Shown in pieces: positions 61,995 to 64,000 of a stretch of 64,000 nucleotides of DNA. Below the pieces are notes generated by a model that searched no databases, was not told the origin of the DNA, and saw only the letters and a list, made by a program, of their open reading frames with translations. The stretch lies in contig NC_092376.1 in NCBI RefSeq assembly GCF_030028105.1, forward strand, positions 134,848,230-134,912,229, given 5' to 3'. The position numbers and the translations under genes were made by a program. How positions within the stretch are numbered: position 1 is the stretch's first letter; every line of letters begins with the position of its first letter. Source of the DNA: Mobula birostris (lineage: Eukaryota).

Positions 61995-64000
61995 CAAGGT
62001 TTTAGATGTTTCAGAAAGGACAGGGAGGGAGGCAAAAGAGGTGGGGGCGTGGTACTGTTGATCAGAGGTAGTGTCACAGCTGCAGAAAAGGTGGACACCG
62101 TGGAGGGATTGTCTATGGAATCTCTGTGGGTGGAGTTTAGGAACAGGAAGAGGTCAATAACTTTACTGGGTGTTTCTTATAAGCCACCCAATAGTAACAG
62201 GGATATTGAGGAACAGATAGGGAAACAGATCCCGGCAAGGTGTAATAATAACAGAGTTGTTGTGATGGGAGATTTTAATTTCCTAAATATCGATTGGCAT
62301 CTCCCTAGAGCAACGGGTTTAGATGGGGTGGAGTTTGTTAGGTGTGTTCAGGAAGGCTTCTTGACACAATATGTAGATAAGCCTAGAGCAGGAGAAACTG
62401 TACTTGATTTGGTATTGGGAAATGAACCTGGTCAGGTGTCAGATCTCTCAGTGGGAGAGCATTTTGGAGATAGTGATCATAATTCTATCTCCTTTACAAT
62501 AGCATTAGAAAGAGATAGGAACAGACAAGTTAAAAAAGCGTTCAATTGGAGTAAGGGGAACTATGAGGCTATCAGGCAGGAAATTGGAAGCTTAAATTGG
62601 AAACAGATATTCTCAGGGAAAAGTACGGAAAAAATGTGGCAAATTTCTAGGGGATATTTATGTGGAGTTCTGCATAGGTACATTTCAATGAGACAGGGAA
62701 GTTATGGGAGGGTACAGGAACCATGGTGTACAAAGGCTGTAATAAATCTAGTTAAGAAGAAAAGAAAAGCTTACAGAGAGCTATGTAATGTTAGAGATCT
62801 AGAAGATTATAAGACTAATAGGAAGGAGCTTAAGAAGGAAACTAGGAGAGCCAGAAGGGGCTTTGAGAAGGCCTTGGCAGACAGGATTAAGGAAAACCCC
62901 AAGGCATTCTAAAAGTGTGTGAAGAGCAAGAGGATAAGATATGAAATTATAGGACCTACCAAGTGTGGCAGTGGGAAAGTATGTCTGGAACTGGAGGAAA
63001 TAGCAGAGGTACTTAATGAATACTTTATTTCAGTATTCACTACAAAAAAGGACCTTGGCAATTGTAAGGATGACCTGCAGTGGACTTAAAAGCTTGAGCA
63101 TATAGACATTAAGTAAGAGGATGTACTGGAGCTTTCAGAAAGCATCAAGTTGGTTAAGTCACCAGGACTGGACGAGATGTACCCCAGGCTACTGTGGGAG
63201 GCAAGGGAGGAGATTGCTGAGCCTCTGGCAAAGATCTTTGCATCATCAATGGGGACAGGAGAGGTTCCGGAGGATTGGAGGGTTATGGATGTTGTTCCTT
63301 TATTCAAGAAAGGGAGTAGAGATAGCCCAGGAAACTATAGACCAGTGAGTCTTACCTCAGTGATTGGTAAGTTGATGGAGAAGATCCTGAGAGGCAGGAT
63401 TTATGAACACTTGGAGAGGTATAATATGATTAGGAATAGTCAATGTGGCTTTGTCAAGAGCAGGTCGTGTCTTACGAGCCTGATTGAATTTTTTGAGGAT
63501 GTGACTAAACACATTGATGAAGGAAGAGCAGTAGATGTAGTGTATATGGATTTCAGCAAGGCATTTGATAAGGTACCCCATGCAAGGCTTATTGAGAAAG
63601 TAAGGAGGCATGGGATTCAAGAGGACATTGCTTTGTGGATCCAGAAATGGCTTGCCCACAAGAAGGCAAAGAGTGGTTGTAGATGGGTCATATTCTGCAT
63701 GGAGGTCAGTCACCAGTGGAGTGCCTCAGGGATCTGTTCTGGGACCCTTACTCTTCGTGATTTTTATAAATGACCTGGATGAGGAAGTGGAGAGATGGGT
63801 TAGTAAGTTTGCTGATGACACAAATGTTGGAGGTGTTGTGGATAGTGTGGAGGACTGTCAGAGGTTACAGCGGGACATTGATAGGATACAAAACTGGGCT
63901 GAGAAGTGGCAGATGGTGTTCAACCCAGATAAGTGTGAGGTGGTTCATTTTGGTAGGTCAAGTATGATGGCAGAATATAGTATTAATGGTAAGATTCTTG
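61995..64000 (+). mobile_element. Young CR1 LINE ORF2 (APE endonuclease plus RT), runs off the window
   Basis: [66 protein letters not shown] few stops and frameshifts. Confidence 0.96.

Noticed and set aside
62049-63773. Longest ORFs (287 aa, 207 aa) as host genes
   Set aside because: CR1 ORF2 endonuclease/RT pieces separated by stops and frameshifts.

Overview
Vertebrate nuclear DNA, most likely from a cartilaginous fish (shark or ray). This is inferred from the HE1-like V-SINEs and the CR1, Rex1 and Penelope families present. By eye, well over half the window is decayed transposable elements: CR1 LINEs, Rex1/Babar LINEs, a Tx1 LINE fragment, Penelope-like elements (PLEs) and short PLE derivatives carrying minimal hammerhead ribozymes, a Gypsy LTR element with a PNMA-type gag, solo LTRs, a hAT and a Tc1 transposon. 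Several are nested 3-4 levels deep. No intact protein-coding gene, RNA gene or CRISPR array is visible, and most ORF-track entries are TE fragments or antisense shadows. The main discovery lies in the unique islands between the repeats. On the + strand, and in the correct order, they read as frameshifted, stop-riddled exon remnants of a receptor-type protein tyrosine phosphatase: several FN3 repeats (about 1-26 kb), a membrane-proximal domain (about 26 and 43 kb), a transmembrane helix (about 50 kb) and PTP catalytic-domain motifs (about 51-60 kb). This looks like an intron-containing (unprocessed, possibly unitary) pseudogene invisible to the ORF track. The call is by-eye motif recognition across frameshifts and needs confirmation by homology search.
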